Positions 35,127-45,157 of a DNA stretch of 64,000 bases are shown here, in pieces. The stretch is from Dehalococcoidia bacterium. GTDB taxonomy: Bacteria; Chloroflexota; Dehalococcoidia; Lucifugimonadales; UBA3495. The stretch spans positions 1 to 64,000 of the forward strand of contig JASLXV010000058.1 of the NCBI GenBank assembly GCA_030740155.1, written 5' to 3'. A program made the position numbers and the translations under genes. Below the pieces are notes generated by a model. The model did not search any database. It saw nothing but the letters and a program-made list of their open reading frames with translations, and was not told the origin of the DNA. Each line of letters opens with the position of its first letter. The stretch's first letter is position 1.

Positions 35127-36257
35127 TCAAGCCCTGGAACGCAGGGCAGTGGAAGAGATGTCCGCCCGGAACCGGGATTCTGGGATGCCCTGGAAAAGGG
35201 GGCCGAAAACCGAGGGGATCCCCACGTCTTCCAGGGTGCGAAAAGCGCCGCCCTCCTCCCGGCCAGCCACCAGAAAGCGGCACCCGGCAACCGATATCCG
35301 GGCCAGCGCCAGAAGCATTTCAGACGCGTCTCCGCCGTAATATCGGGGCGCCACCAGCCGTACCGCCGTATCCCAGCCGATGACGAAGGTGCACCCCGGA
35401 AACAGGTCGGCCTTCTTCCGAAAAATCTCTGCCCGGGTCAGCACAACCCTCTCCCCGCCGGTAAATTGCTTCAGCCGCCGCCTGACTTCGGCCTCGGCGA
35501 GGGGCGGTTTGTCCACGTTGGTGACCGACAGCTCGAAGGCCACGTCGGCGCCCAGGATTTCGGCGGCGGTGCGAGCCAACTCCCGATGGCCCCGGTGCAA
35601 CGGCCCGAAGGACCCCGACAGCACGGCCGCGGGAGCTGCTCCGTCAACGGTTATCCGGCCGTCGGGTTCCAGGGTCACGGTATCGGCTTCGCCGGACAGC
35701 AGACGCTTCAGGGGATCGGGGTGGCCCGCGTGGCGGTGGGTGAGGTCGTCGGCGTCGCTCAAGCCCGGGAGGCCCGATTCGACCCCGCAGGCCTCCGCCA
35801 GAGCGTGGATCAGCAGTTGGCTCACCAGTTCTTCCTCGCCGGTCCGGTCCCGGTGGCTCTTGGCCAGGCGGAGGTTGTAGGAAGCCGCTCCGGATTCGTC
35901 CCAGGTGGCGATATAGCAGCGGTGGGCGCCCCGTTTCGGCCGGTCGGTGGCGATGGTGGCGGTGCAGGCCAGGCCAATAACCGGAGGATCACCTTCCCTG
36001 AGGCGCATCCCACGCCGGAAGGCGGCTCGGGCCATGGCTCGGGCGGCTTCCGGGGACACGAATTGGTCCGGCTCACCCCCGAGAAGGTCGATCATCGAAA
36101 GCCGCCCGTAGGGCACCACCACCTCCAGGACGGTGCGGGATGCTCCGGCAACGCCCAAGAGCCAGGCAACCGCCTGGCTGCCCGCGCCGGAGACGGCTAG
36201 TACCGCCTGCCCCGGCGAATCATGGATCCTGCGGATCACGTCTTCGACGGCACTCAT
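35127..36257 (-). CDS. CinA-like N-domain plus HxGH nucleotidyltransferase (NMNAT-like) domain
   Basis: GASRTVLE..PY N-domain; SGSFGPLHRGH, NVDKPPL, FVIGWDT, DISST; GGAG RBS before ATG 36257. Confidence 0.75.
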   Translation of the reverse strand: MSAVEDVIRRIHDSPGQAVLAVSGAGSQAVAWLLGVAGASRTVLEVVVPYGRLSMIDLLGGEPDQFVSPEAARAMARAAFRRGMRLREGDPPVIGLACTATIATDRPKRGAHRCYIATWDESGAASYNLRLAKSHRDRTGEEELVSQLLIHALAEACGVESGLPGLSDADDLTHRHAGHPDPLKRLLSGEADTVTLEPDGRITVDGAAPAAVLSGSFGPLHRGHRELARTAAEILGADVAFELSVTNVDKPPLAEAEVRRRLKQFTGGERVVLTRAEIFRKKADLFPGCTFVIGWDTAVRLVAPRYYGGDASEMLLALARISVAGCRFLVAGREEGGAFRTLEDVGIPSVFGPLFQGIPESRFRADISSTALRSRA

Positions 36258-36360
36258 CTCCGAACGTGCTCCGATGGCCGGAGCGCCGGGCCGGCGATTG
36301 AGCCGGAGGCTGGCGGGCGCACGGAGAGTAAGGGTCGAACTGGGCGTGGTTTCGCGGCAA

Positions 36361-36951
36361 TCAATGGGGCTGGCCGCCCGGCTGCCAGGGGGTGTAATCA
36401 ATCTCGCCCATCCGGGACATGGAGTGCTGCATCTCTTTGCCAATCTTCAGCATCCAGGCCGCCATCACCTGAGGAGGCAACCGGCGGGCCGCGTCTCGCC
36501 ACCATAGGGGCTCGCCCTCGGTGACGGTGTCGCCCTCGATCACCTCACCCAGGAAACAGGTCATGTCGCCGGCGTCCATGGCGTTGACCACCCGGCAGTC
36601 CAGATACCCCCAGCAGTCCTGGAGGACCGGGCTGCCCGATGATTTCAGATCGTACGCCACCTTGGATAGCTTGTCCTGGTCCCGGCCCGATACCAGACCA
36701 AATCCGGTGATCAGATCGAGTTGGTCCTGGCGGAGAAAGTTCACCGCGAAGGCCCCGCTGCCGCAGATCAGGCCGTGGCTGTAGTTCCGTTTGTATATCT
36801 GCACGATCACCCGGGGCATGCTGGGCACGATGGACGCGGCGCCGATGGCCACCGCGATCTGGCCGTTGGGTTTCCCCTGCCACTGGCTGGTCACCACGGC
36901 AATGGGAGACCACAGGTGGCCCATCAGGCGTGTAATGCGGCTATGGTCCAT
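36361..36951 (-). CDS. Flavin reductase family protein
   Basis: FAVNFL, FGLVSGRDQDK, GSPVL..LDCRV..AGDMTCFLGEV. Confidence 0.85.
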   Translation of the reverse strand: MDHSRITRLMGHLWSPIAVVTSQWQGKPNGQIAVAIGAASIVPSMPRVIVQIYKRNYSHGLICGSGAFAVNFLRQDQLDLITGFGLVSGRDQDKLSKVAYDLKSSGSPVLQDCWGYLDCRVVNAMDAGDMTCFLGEVIEGDTVTEGEPLWWRDAARRLPPQVMAAWMLKIGKEMQHSMSRMGEIDYTPWQPGGQPH

Positions 36952-37242
36952 GGGATGCCTTCACGGTTTCCGTCTCTGTAGCGCCGCTGGAGCGCTCCTT
37001 CCCTGCCACGCTCCCGGCCTTGCTTCTCCGGAGTTTAACACCGCCGGTGGCGGAGGGTCTACCGCCCACTCGGTGCCTGTTCGTTCCTGCCCGGGTACCG
37101 CTTCCGGGGGTAAGCGGGCACGGAATCTACTGGGGGCATTCCAAGGGAAGGCCGTGCGCCTCGGCAGAATCAAGTGGGCGAGTAGGACCGCTGGTGAGTG
37201 AATGTTAGTCAAGTGTCTCGAAGATGGATTGATACCTGTTCT

Positions 37243-37434
37243 GTCATCCCGGCGATGGCTGGGACCCAGCCTCGGCTTCTCTGGTTTCCGGCTTTCGCCG
37301 GAATGACGACGGTAGGAAACGGCGTCCCACCCGTCGTTCCGGCGCAGGCCGGAACCCAGGAAGGCAGGCTCTCATGCGGCTCTCGCCCCAGTGGCGGATG
37401 ATGCGCCTGGATTCCAGCTTTCGCCGGAACGACG
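37243..37434. repeat. Two tandem REP doublets (family C, BIME/REPIN-like)
   Basis: Four alternating-orientation units resembling GTC(A/G)TTCCGGCG.AGGCCGGAA(T/C)CCAG. Confidence 0.8.
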
Positions 37435-37518
37435 AACTTAAGAGGGAAAGCCGCACAATTTCGCCGTGGCGCCGGCCCTTGCTGGCCAGGTAGCTTCGTG
37501 GATGACGGCAGGCCCGAG

Positions 37519-38544
37519 CTACCAGTCCGGTGAATGGTCCTCGGAAGTGTTGTTGGTGAGCCGGCGTTGTTGGCTGCCATCGGCGTTCATCACGAAGATT
37601 TCCCCGGCGCCGTACAGATGGGACACGAACGCGATCCCTTTGCCGTCCGGAGACCAGACCGGGGTCAGGTCGTCCGCCCCGTTGCTGGTCAGGCGGCGCT
37701 GTTTGGACCCATCGCTCGGCATGGAATATATCTCGGCGTTGCCGTCCTGGTAAGAGACGAAAGCGATGGTTTTGCCGTCGGGAGACCAGACCGGCGAGAC
37801 ATCGTTCTCCTGGTGCGAGGTCAAACGTTCCACTTCGGGTTGGTCTTGCCAGGAGCCGTTCTTCGGTTTGCGGGCGATCCAGATATCGGCCGACCCGTCA
37901 ACGGTCCGCATGAAAGCGATCTCCCGGCCGTTGGCCGACCAGGCGGGGTCCGAGTCCTCCTCGAAGGTCAGGTGAACCAGGTTCACTCCATCTGGGTTGC
38001 GCAGCCACAGCCCCTTCTCCGGGTCGTCCGGTTTCCGGAAGAAGACCAGCCACTGGCCGTCGGGCGACCAGTCTCCCAGACGGTCTTCGGCGGTGTTCGA
38101 CGTTACCCGGGTCAGATTGCCGCCCTCGGAGTTCATCAGGTAGACTTCCGGGTTGTCATCCCGTTGGGAGACGAAGGCGAGCCGGTCGCCGCTCGGGGAC
38201 CAACGTGGGGAGCGCTCATCGCCGACGCTATGGGTCAGCCGGGTGAGGGTCTCCCCTTCCCGGTCCACCAGGTTGACTTCCAAATCACCGGCCTGGTCGG
38301 ACAGATAGACGATGTTCTTGCCGTCGGGAGACCAACGCGGACCGAAGTCGCGGCCCCGGTTGTCGGTCAGCGGGGTACTCTCGCCCGACTCGGCGTCCAG
38401 TGAGTAGATCTCCTCGTCACCGTCCACCACGGAGACGAAAACGATCATGCTGCCGGAGGACGACCCACAGGCGGAAACGGCCAAGGCCGCAACCAAAGCC
38501 AGAAGCAATATCAACTTCCGCACGCTGCTAAATCCGTCCATCAC
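37519..38544 (-). CDS. Lipoprotein with TolB-like/PD40 beta-propeller
   Basis: Signal peptide with VSAC lipobox, repeated PxWSPDGxxIAFVS. Confidence 0.88.
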   Translation of the reverse strand: MMDGFSSVRKLILLLALVAALAVSACGSSSGSMIVFVSVVDGDEEIYSLDAESGESTPLTDNRGRDFGPRWSPDGKNIVYLSDQAGDLEVNLVDREGETLTRLTHSVGDERSPRWSPSGDRLAFVSQRDDNPEVYLMNSEGGNLTRVTSNTAEDRLGDWSPDGQWLVFFRKPDDPEKGLWLRNPDGVNLVHLTFEEDSDPAWSANGREIAFMRTVDGSADIWIARKPKNGSWQDQPEVERLTSHQENDVSPVWSPDGKTIAFVSYQDGNAEIYSMPSDGSKQRRLTSNGADDLTPVWSPDGKGIAFVSHLYGAGEIFVMNADGSQQRRLTNNTSEDHSPDW

Positions 38545-38811
38545 ACACCCCTGGAGTGGCTAACGCGGGTCGCGGCGGGCGCTCTTCGCGGGGCCCTGTT
38601 CATTCCCGGCCGCTTAAGTTGATTATAGCCAAAAGCCTTCCAATTCATCCCCTTCGTTTCGACCGGGTTTGAATCAGAATCCCTTAACCGCTCTCCCCCT
38701 ATTGTAAACGAGCCGGCGGAGGAATTACCGCCGGTTCGGGCCAATCCTGTTGAAAAGAGACGGGGCCGGCAGTCCCGTATTGGTGACGGCTATCGCGAAA
38801 CCCAAGGTTAG

Positions 38812-39132
38812 ATCGCCGTTGGGGGAGCCCGCCGGGCCGGGGCAATTGAGAGTCCCGGCGTCAAAGACGTGTATACCTTTACGGCGGAGGCCGGACAGGT
38901 GGTGTTCTTCGATTTGCAGGACGTGTCGGGGCTGAGTGGTGTTGACTGGAAAGCCGTGGACCAGGACGGGACGGTGATCTTTGAAACCTGCATGAGGTGC
39001 GGGAGCCCGGGTGACCGGTTGTTGGAACGGGGCGGGGCCTACACCATTACGGTTGGGGAGAGCGGATCGGATGCCACCGGCAGCTACCGGCTCCAGGTGT
39101 GGGACGGGGCATCCCCGGCGAGTTCCCCCTAG
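38812..39132 (+). pseudogene. Remnant of a PPC-like beta-sandwich domain gene
   Basis: GAIESPGVKDVYTFTAEAGQ..GAYTITV..TGSYRLQV with an in-frame TAG at 38809 and no convincing start. Confidence 0.5.
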
Positions 39133-39238
39133 CCGCCGGCGACGTTGCGGGCGGTGAAGATCCGGGCCGTGTACGGCTCTCTCCCGGAAGCGTCCACCGG
39201 GGATAGGCGCTGGCAGCGAGTGCGGATGTCGGCCCGGC

Positions 39239-39267
39239 TTGACAAGGGAGGCGCGCTTGATTAGCAT
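39239..39267 (+). promoter_or_regulatory. Sigma70-type promoter
   Basis: TTGACA-17nt-TAGCAT. Confidence 0.55.
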
Positions 39268-39360
39268 CACAACGTTCCTCAGTCAATCCTGCCCCTGACA
39301 CACCCCGGCGGAGCCATATCAGCAGGGCTGTTTGACGAAATGCGGCGCAGGAGGTGTCTC

Positions 39361-40617
39361 ATGCAAGCGTTAGTCGGAGCCAACCTCATTGATGGAACCG
39401 GAGGGCCGGTGGTCAACGACGCCACGGTGCTCATCGATGGTGAACGCATCAAAGCTGTCGGGCCGCGAGGGGCCGTGATCCTGCCTCCGAACACCGGCGT
39501 CGTGGACCTATCCGGGCTGACCCTGCTGCCCGGCCTCATCGACTGTCACGACCACCTGGCCTCCCGGAACTACGACTTGGCCAGCCGCTGGGGCCTCAGC
39601 GAGCCGGCCTCCCTGCGGCATCTGCGGGTAGCCAAGACCCTGGAGCAGACCCTGGCCTCCGGATACACCTGCGTGCGCGATGCCGCCTGGCTGGACGCCG
39701 GCTTCAAGCAGGCGGTGGAAGAGGGGCTGTATCCGGGGCCCCGGCTGGTCCTTTCTGTGGTAATAATCTCCCCCACCGGCGGCCTCGGCGATCACATTTG
39801 CCCCGCGGGTCACCGCCGCCCCTTCCATACCGATCCCCTGCTGCCCTCCGGCGTTGCCGACGGCGTGGACGCGGTTCGGGCCAAGGTGAGGGAGATGGTC
39901 CGCGTGGGGGCCGACGTTATCAAGTTCGGGACCACCGGCGGGGCCAGCTCCCGGCGGGGCCACGGCCCCAGGGACATCGCCTTCGGGCCGGATGAGGTCA
40001 AAGCCCTGGTGGATGAAGCCGCCGCCCTGGGCCGCAAGACCATGTGCCACGCCCTAGCGGGGCCCGGGCTGCGCATGGCTGTCGAGGCCGGCGCCGGGTC
40101 GATCGACCACGGGTGTTACCTGGCGGAGGAGCCGGACCTGCTCAAGATGATGGCGGACAAGGGTATCTTCTTCGTGCCCACCCTTGAAGTGTACGAGTTT
40201 CACTCCACGGTCAGCGCGCCCCACGTCCAGGAGCGGGCCAAAGCCCTGTTGCAGATTCACCGGGAGAGCATTCAGCAGGCGCTGGCCGCCGGGGTCAAGG
40301 TGGTGGCCGGCACCGACGCCGGCGGGTACGTCCACGGCGATAACGCCCACGAAATCCAGCTCCTGGTGGATCGGGGGCTGTCGCCCATGCAGGGCATCCA
40401 GGCCGCCACCGGCTGGGCCGCTGAGTGCGTGGGACTGGAGAAAGAGATCGGCACCCTGGAGGCGGGCAAGCTGGCCGACCTTTTGGTGGTCGACGGGGAC
40501 CCGTTACGGGACGTCGGAGTGCTGCGTGACCATAGTCGCATCAAGCTGGTGATGAAAGGTGGCGAGGCATTCGTTAACCGGTTGCCTTCTTCGGTGCCCG
40601 AGCCGGTGGGCGGGTAG
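39361..40617 (+). CDS. Metal-dependent amidohydrolase
   Basis: LPGLIDCHDH, GADVIK, CHA, IDHG, AGTDAG, GKLADL. Confidence 0.9.
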   Translation: MQALVGANLIDGTGGPVVNDATVLIDGERIKAVGPRGAVILPPNTGVVDLSGLTLLPGLIDCHDHLASRNYDLASRWGLSEPASLRHLRVAKTLEQTLASGYTCVRDAAWLDAGFKQAVEEGLYPGPRLVLSVVIISPTGGLGDHICPAGHRRPFHTDPLLPSGVADGVDAVRAKVREMVRVGADVIKFGTTGGASSRRGHGPRDIAFGPDEVKALVDEAAALGRKTMCHALAGPGLRMAVEAGAGSIDHGCYLAEEPDLLKMMADKGIFFVPTLEVYEFHSTVSAPHVQERAKALLQIHRESIQQALAAGVKVVAGTDAGGYVHGDNAHEIQLLVDRGLSPMQGIQAATGWAAECVGLEKEIGTLEAGKLADLLVVDGDPLRDVGVLRDHSRIKLVMKGGEAFVNRLPSSVPEPVGG

Positions 40618-40682
40618 CTCTGGTATACTGTCAGCCGCCGTCAACCCGGTATCCTGTTGCCGGCGGCTGAGTGTACCAACAA

Positions 40683-41429
40683 ATGCGCTTTCACATCCTC
40701 ACCCTCTTCACTGAAGCTTTCGAGGGGCCTTTCCAGCACAGCATGCTTGGCCTGGCGTGCCGGCGGGGCCTGATCTCCATCCAAATCACCGACATCCGTT
40801 CCTACACCCACGACGCCCACGGCACCGCCGACGACTACCAGTTCGGTGGAGGCCACGGCATGGTCCTCAAGCCGGAGCCCGTCTTCGAGGCGGTGGAAGA
40901 CGTTCTGAAGAGGTATCCACCGGAGGAGCAGGGAACCATTCCGTTAGTCTTGCTCACGCCCCAGGGCGAGACGTTCAACCAGAAGATGGTGCAAGAATTG
41001 GCCCTGGCCCCGGCCCTGGTGCTGATCTGTGGCCACTACGCCGGCGAAGACGAGCGGATCCGCCACCCCCTGGCAACCCGCGAGGTCAGCATGGGTGATT
41101 TCGTGCTCACCGGCGGGGAGTTGCCGGCCATGGTGATGGTGGATGCTGTTGCCCGGCTGATTCCCGGCGTGGTGGGCTCCCAGGAGAACGTGGAGGAAGA
41201 CTCCATAACCTCAGGCCTGCTGCAGCACCCGCTGTACACCCGTCCGGCCGAGTACCGGGGCCTGGCCGTTCCGGAAGTCCTGCGCTCCGGGCACCACGCC
41301 GAGATCGCCCGTTGGCGCCGCCGGGAGTCTTTGAGGCGCACCCTGGAGCGGCGCCCCGACCTCTTGGAATTCGCCGATTTGACCGCCGAGGACCTGGAAT
41401 TTCTCCGGTCTCTGGGCTATCAGCGATGA
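40683..41429 (+). CDS. trmD: tRNA (guanine37-N1)-methyltransferase
   Basis: GGGHGMVLK, LTPQG, CGHYAGEDER, SMGDFVLTGGE, YTRP, LRSGHHA. Confidence 0.95.
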   Translation: MRFHILTLFTEAFEGPFQHSMLGLACRRGLISIQITDIRSYTHDAHGTADDYQFGGGHGMVLKPEPVFEAVEDVLKRYPPEEQGTIPLVLLTPQGETFNQKMVQELALAPALVLICGHYAGEDERIRHPLATREVSMGDFVLTGGELPAMVMVDAVARLIPGVVGSQENVEEDSITSGLLQHPLYTRPAEYRGLAVPEVLRSGHHAEIARWRRRESLRRTLERRPDLLEFADLTAEDLEFLRSLGYQR

Positions 41430-41544
41430 AGGCTCCTTGCGAACCAATGACCGCGAGCTGACTTTTGTTGGAATGCACACCGGTGGAATGCGCCCCGGCC
41501 GCTTGATCCGGCCAGAGCAGCCGTCAGCCACAGGACGATAATCA

Positions 41545-42024
41545 ATGGCCAAAGCCGAATACAAGTTCCGAACGCAACTTCGAGTACGCTGGGGGGAGTG
41601 CGACGCTCAGGGGATCGCTTTTAACGGGTCCTATATGAGCTACCTGGAAGAGGGGCAGGCGGCGTACTTCCGAAACCTGGGGTTCAGCATCTACCGGATC
41701 GCCCGGCGGGGCTACTTCGACAGCGCGGTGGTCAGAACCGTCCTGGAATTCAAGGCCCCGGCTCGCGTCGAAGACATTTTGGACCTCTACGTCCGCGTGA
41801 GCCACATCGGCAACACCAGCCTGCACCTGGATATCGAGGTATATCCCGAGGACTCCGACCGGCTGACGAGCACGTTGCAGGCGGTGTACGTGGGCTTCCA
41901 CGCGGAGACGGTTACCACCCGCCCGGTGCCCGGCGAAATTCGTGAGTTGGTGAACCATTTCGAGGCGACCGGCGAGGTGCTGCCTTTGGAACGCTTTCCC
42001 CAACTGGCCGAAGCGGCCCGTTAA
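41545..42024 (+). CDS. Acyl-CoA thioesterase (4HBT/YbgC-like)
   Basis: RVRWGECDAQGIAFNGSYMSYLEEG, FKAPAR, IGNTS. Confidence 0.88.
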   Translation: MAKAEYKFRTQLRVRWGECDAQGIAFNGSYMSYLEEGQAAYFRNLGFSIYRIARRGYFDSAVVRTVLEFKAPARVEDILDLYVRVSHIGNTSLHLDIEVYPEDSDRLTSTLQAVYVGFHAETVTTRPVPGEIRELVNHFEATGEVLPLERFPQLAEAAR

Positions 42025-42212
42025 CGCCGGATTCGAGGTTCACTGGGCCGGGGAAATAGCGGGCCGCCGGGCCCTCGGTTGCCTGTACCCGGCTTTCCCC
42101 TTATTATAGTACCGGCGAGCCGCCCCTCACTTTGACGGGGCAGGTCCGGACGAATGCGTACGATCTCCTCTGGGTCGGCCCAGAAGAGGAAAACATCACG
42201 GAGGTTCAGTAG

Positions 42213-43073
42213 ATGGAATACAAACATGTTCTGTACGAAAAGGATGGCCCGGTCGTCAGGATCACGATGAACCGGCCGGAAAAACTGAACGTAATAGACT
42301 TCCCCGGCCAGGGCGGCATCCTCGACAATTTCTACGCCGCCCTTGGGGAGGCCGAGGAAGATGACGAAGTAAAAGTGGTGGTGATTCGAGGCGCCGGCCG
42401 GTCCTTCTGCGCGGGGCATGACCTGGAGGTCGTGGGTTTCATCTATGGCATCGGCACCGGCCAGCCTAACGAGCGCCGGGCCAGCCAGCGCATCCGCCTC
42501 AAGGTGGACCGGAAGTGGATGGAGAACCACCTGAAGCTGCTCACCTTCCCCAAGATCACCATCGCCCAGGTCCAGGGCCACTGCATCGGCGAGGGCGCGC
42601 TCATGATGGAGTTTTGCGACCTTGCCGTGGTCGCCGAAGACGCCCAGATCGCCCATGCCGAGCAGCGTCTTGGCTTCTCCGGTAGCGGGTTGAACCTGCT
42701 TCCCCTGTACCTCACCGTTGGGTACAAGCGGGCCAGGGAGCTGCTGCTCCGGGGCCGCGCCATCAGCGGCACGGAGGCCGTCGCCATGGGCCTGGCCAAC
42801 CGGGCCGTTCCCCTGGACCAGTTGGAAGCAACGGTGCAGGAGTATATCGACGATATGGCCCGGCTTCCGTTGGACGGCATCGCCATCGGCAAGGCCACCA
42901 ACCACTGGATCCTCGACACGTTGGGCGCCACTTCCGGGCTGATCCAGGGCTACATCAGCCACACCATGTTCACCAACCTGCGCTTCGAGCCGGGGGAGTA
43001 CAACTTCTTCCGGGAGCGGCGCGGCGCCGGCACCCGCGAAGCCTTCCACGCCCGCGACGACCGGTACGAGTAG
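42213..43073 (+). CDS. Crotonase/enoyl-CoA hydratase family protein, copy 1
   Basis: ITMNRPEKLN, SFCAGHDL, PKITIAQVQGHCIG. Confidence 0.9.
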   Translation: MEYKHVLYEKDGPVVRITMNRPEKLNVIDFPGQGGILDNFYAALGEAEEDDEVKVVVIRGAGRSFCAGHDLEVVGFIYGIGTGQPNERRASQRIRLKVDRKWMENHLKLLTFPKITIAQVQGHCIGEGALMMEFCDLAVVAEDAQIAHAEQRLGFSGSGLNLLPLYLTVGYKRARELLLRGRAISGTEAVAMGLANRAVPLDQLEATVQEYIDDMARLPLDGIAIGKATNHWILDTLGATSGLIQGYISHTMFTNLRFEPGEYNFFRERRGAGTREAFHARDDRYE

Positions 43074-43204
43074 GCGATCAGCCGCCGCCATCGGGCTGGT
43101 GGCCGCGGCGCCGTGTGCCTGTCCGGAATGGAGGCTCGGTAAATGGCGAATACCCTCCCTCGGCATGGGCTAAGGGAGAGAAAATCTATGGAGGTTACCG
43201 GGTA

Positions 43205-44065
43205 ATGGACTACAAATACGTGTTGTACGAAAAAGAAGGCCAGGCTGTCAGGATAACCTTGAACCGGCCGGAAAAACTGAACGTAATAGACTTCCCCGGC
43301 CAGGGCGGCATCCTGGACAATTTCTACGACGCACTGTCCGAGGCCGAGGATGACGACGATGTGAAAGTGGTGGTGATTCGAGGCGCAGGCCGGTCCTTCT
43401 GCGCCGGGCACGACCTGGAAGGCGTGGGCTTTATCTACGGCTTCGGCACCGGCCAACCCGGTGAGCGCCGGGCCAGCCAGCGGATCCGCCTCAAGGTGGA
43501 CCGGAGGTGGATGGAGCTACACCTCAAGCTTCTCACCTTTCCCAAGATCACGATCTGCCAGGTACACGGCCACTGCATCGGCGAGGGCACCCTCATGATG
43601 GAGTATTGCGACCTGGCCATCGTCGCCGAGGATGCCCAGATCTCCCACTCGGAGCAGCGGCTGGGTTTCTCCGGCAGCGGAAGCAACCTGCTGCCGTTAT
43701 ACCTCACCGTTGGGTACAAGCGGGCCAGGGAGCTGCTGCTCCGGGGCCGCGCCATCAGCGGGACCGAAGCCGCCGCCATGGGCCTGGCCAATCGGGCCGT
43801 TCCCCTGGAGCGGTTGGAGGCCGCGGTGCAGGAATATGTCGATGACATGGTCCGGCTTCCGCTTGATGGCATCTCCATCGGCAAGGCTACCAACCACTGG
43901 ATCCTGGACATCCTGGGCGCTACGACCGGTATGATCCAGGGATACCAGACCCACACCCTGTTTACCAACATTCGTTTCGAGCCGGGGGAATTCAGCTTCT
44001 TCCGGGAGCGGCGCAACCAAGGCGCCCGCGCCGCTTTCCACGCCCGCGACGACCGGTACACCTAG
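43205..44065 (+). CDS. Crotonase/enoyl-CoA hydratase family protein, copy 2
   Basis: Same 286-aa length and collinear with copy 1; GGAGG RBS upstream of ATG 43205. Confidence 0.9.
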   Translation: MDYKYVLYEKEGQAVRITLNRPEKLNVIDFPGQGGILDNFYDALSEAEDDDDVKVVVIRGAGRSFCAGHDLEGVGFIYGFGTGQPGERRASQRIRLKVDRRWMELHLKLLTFPKITICQVHGHCIGEGTLMMEYCDLAIVAEDAQISHSEQRLGFSGSGSNLLPLYLTVGYKRARELLLRGRAISGTEAAAMGLANRAVPLERLEAAVQEYVDDMVRLPLDGISIGKATNHWILDILGATTGMIQGYQTHTLFTNIRFEPGEFSFFRERRNQGARAAFHARDDRYT

Positions 44066-44133
44066 GAGTTGCGCAACCGTCAATCAGCCGCCAGCCTTCT
44101 AGGCGATGGCTGGCGGCTGATTGCGAGCGGCAG

Positions 44134-44994
44134 ATGAATCAAAACAGCCCAGACGTATACCATATAAACCCGGCCGGCGGCCTGGCCTTGGCCTGGGTCA
44201 ACAGCTACTCCGGCACGGTGATCAAGACCCCCGGCGCCACGCTGCTCTTCGATCCGGTGAGCCTTGCAGTGCCGGAGGACATCTGCCTGGACCTGATCGC
44301 CATCAGCCACGGGCACACCGACCACTGGGACCCGCCGCTGGTCACCGCCCTCCACCAACGCACCCGGGCGGTGGTGGCGACCTCGCATTTCCTGGCCTCT
44401 CGAGTGCCTGCCATACCTCCTCAATCCGTTGAAACAGCTCCCACCTCGGCTGGGCAAGGCAGCTTTGGAAGCACCCCCCACCCGGGCACGCATCCGGACC
44501 CGGGGGCCACTTGCAGTGCGGAGAATCCGCCTCCGGGTAGCGTAGTAGCCCTCGAGCCGGGAGAGTGGGTGCGGGTCGGAGACGTAACCGTCGCCGCCCT
44601 TCGCTGCGACCACGCCGCCGAGGAGCCGCTGTCCTTCTTGGTGCGGACCGACGACAACCTGGTGGTGTATCTTCCGGGGGACAGCACTCCCTTTCCGACC
44701 ATGACCCGGCTCCCACACGTGCCTATACCAGGCTCCTCATCTTCGAACATGGACGGGCGGCAGGCGGAGATGCATGTGGATATCCTGCTCTGGATGGGCA
44801 CAGCCCTGGAAGATGGAGCGCGAATCGCCCGGCTGGTGCAGCCGAAGGTTCTGGTGTCCTATGCCATCACGCCGCCGGCCGCGGGTGTCCGGGCCATGGG
44901 CCTGCTGACCCGTCTCACCCCAGAGATCCCGGTCTACACCCTGGAGCGCAACCAGGTGTTCATGTATCCCCCTGAGCCCGGACCGGCCCCCTGA
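44134..44994 (+). CDS. Metallo-beta-lactamase-fold hydrolase
   Basis: LLFDP, SHGHTDHWD, VYLPGDS. Confidence 0.8.
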   Translation: MNQNSPDVYHINPAGGLALAWVNSYSGTVIKTPGATLLFDPVSLAVPEDICLDLIAISHGHTDHWDPPLVTALHQRTRAVVATSHFLASRVPAIPPQSVETAPTSAGQGSFGSTPHPGTHPDPGATCSAENPPPGSVVALEPGEWVRVGDVTVAALRCDHAAEEPLSFLVRTDDNLVVYLPGDSTPFPTMTRLPHVPIPGSSSSNMDGRQAEMHVDILLWMGTALEDGARIARLVQPKVLVSYAITPPAAGVRAMGLLTRLTPEIPVYTLERNQVFMYPPEPGPAP

Positions 44995-45030
44995 ACCACC
45001 GGCAAAGCTGCTGGGGAGCTACGTGGGGTT

Positions 45031-45103
45031 AGCCACGGAGGCACAGAGAACACAGAGATATAAAAAGGACGTATTAACTCGGTGTCCTCTGTGCCCCTGT
45101 GGC
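45031..45103. repeat. Family D palindrome between convergent genes
   Basis: AGCCACGGAGGCACAGAGAACACAGAG ... CTCGGTGTCCTCTGTGCCCCTGTGGC. Confidence 0.78.
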
Positions 45104-45157
45104 CATTCCCCGTAAATCACTCCTGATGCAAAACCCCAACGACGGGCCGCCCGGCGA

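Noticed and set aside
37243..37434. CRISPR array
   Set aside because: Units alternate in orientation, are degenerate and irregularly spaced; no cas genes in the window.
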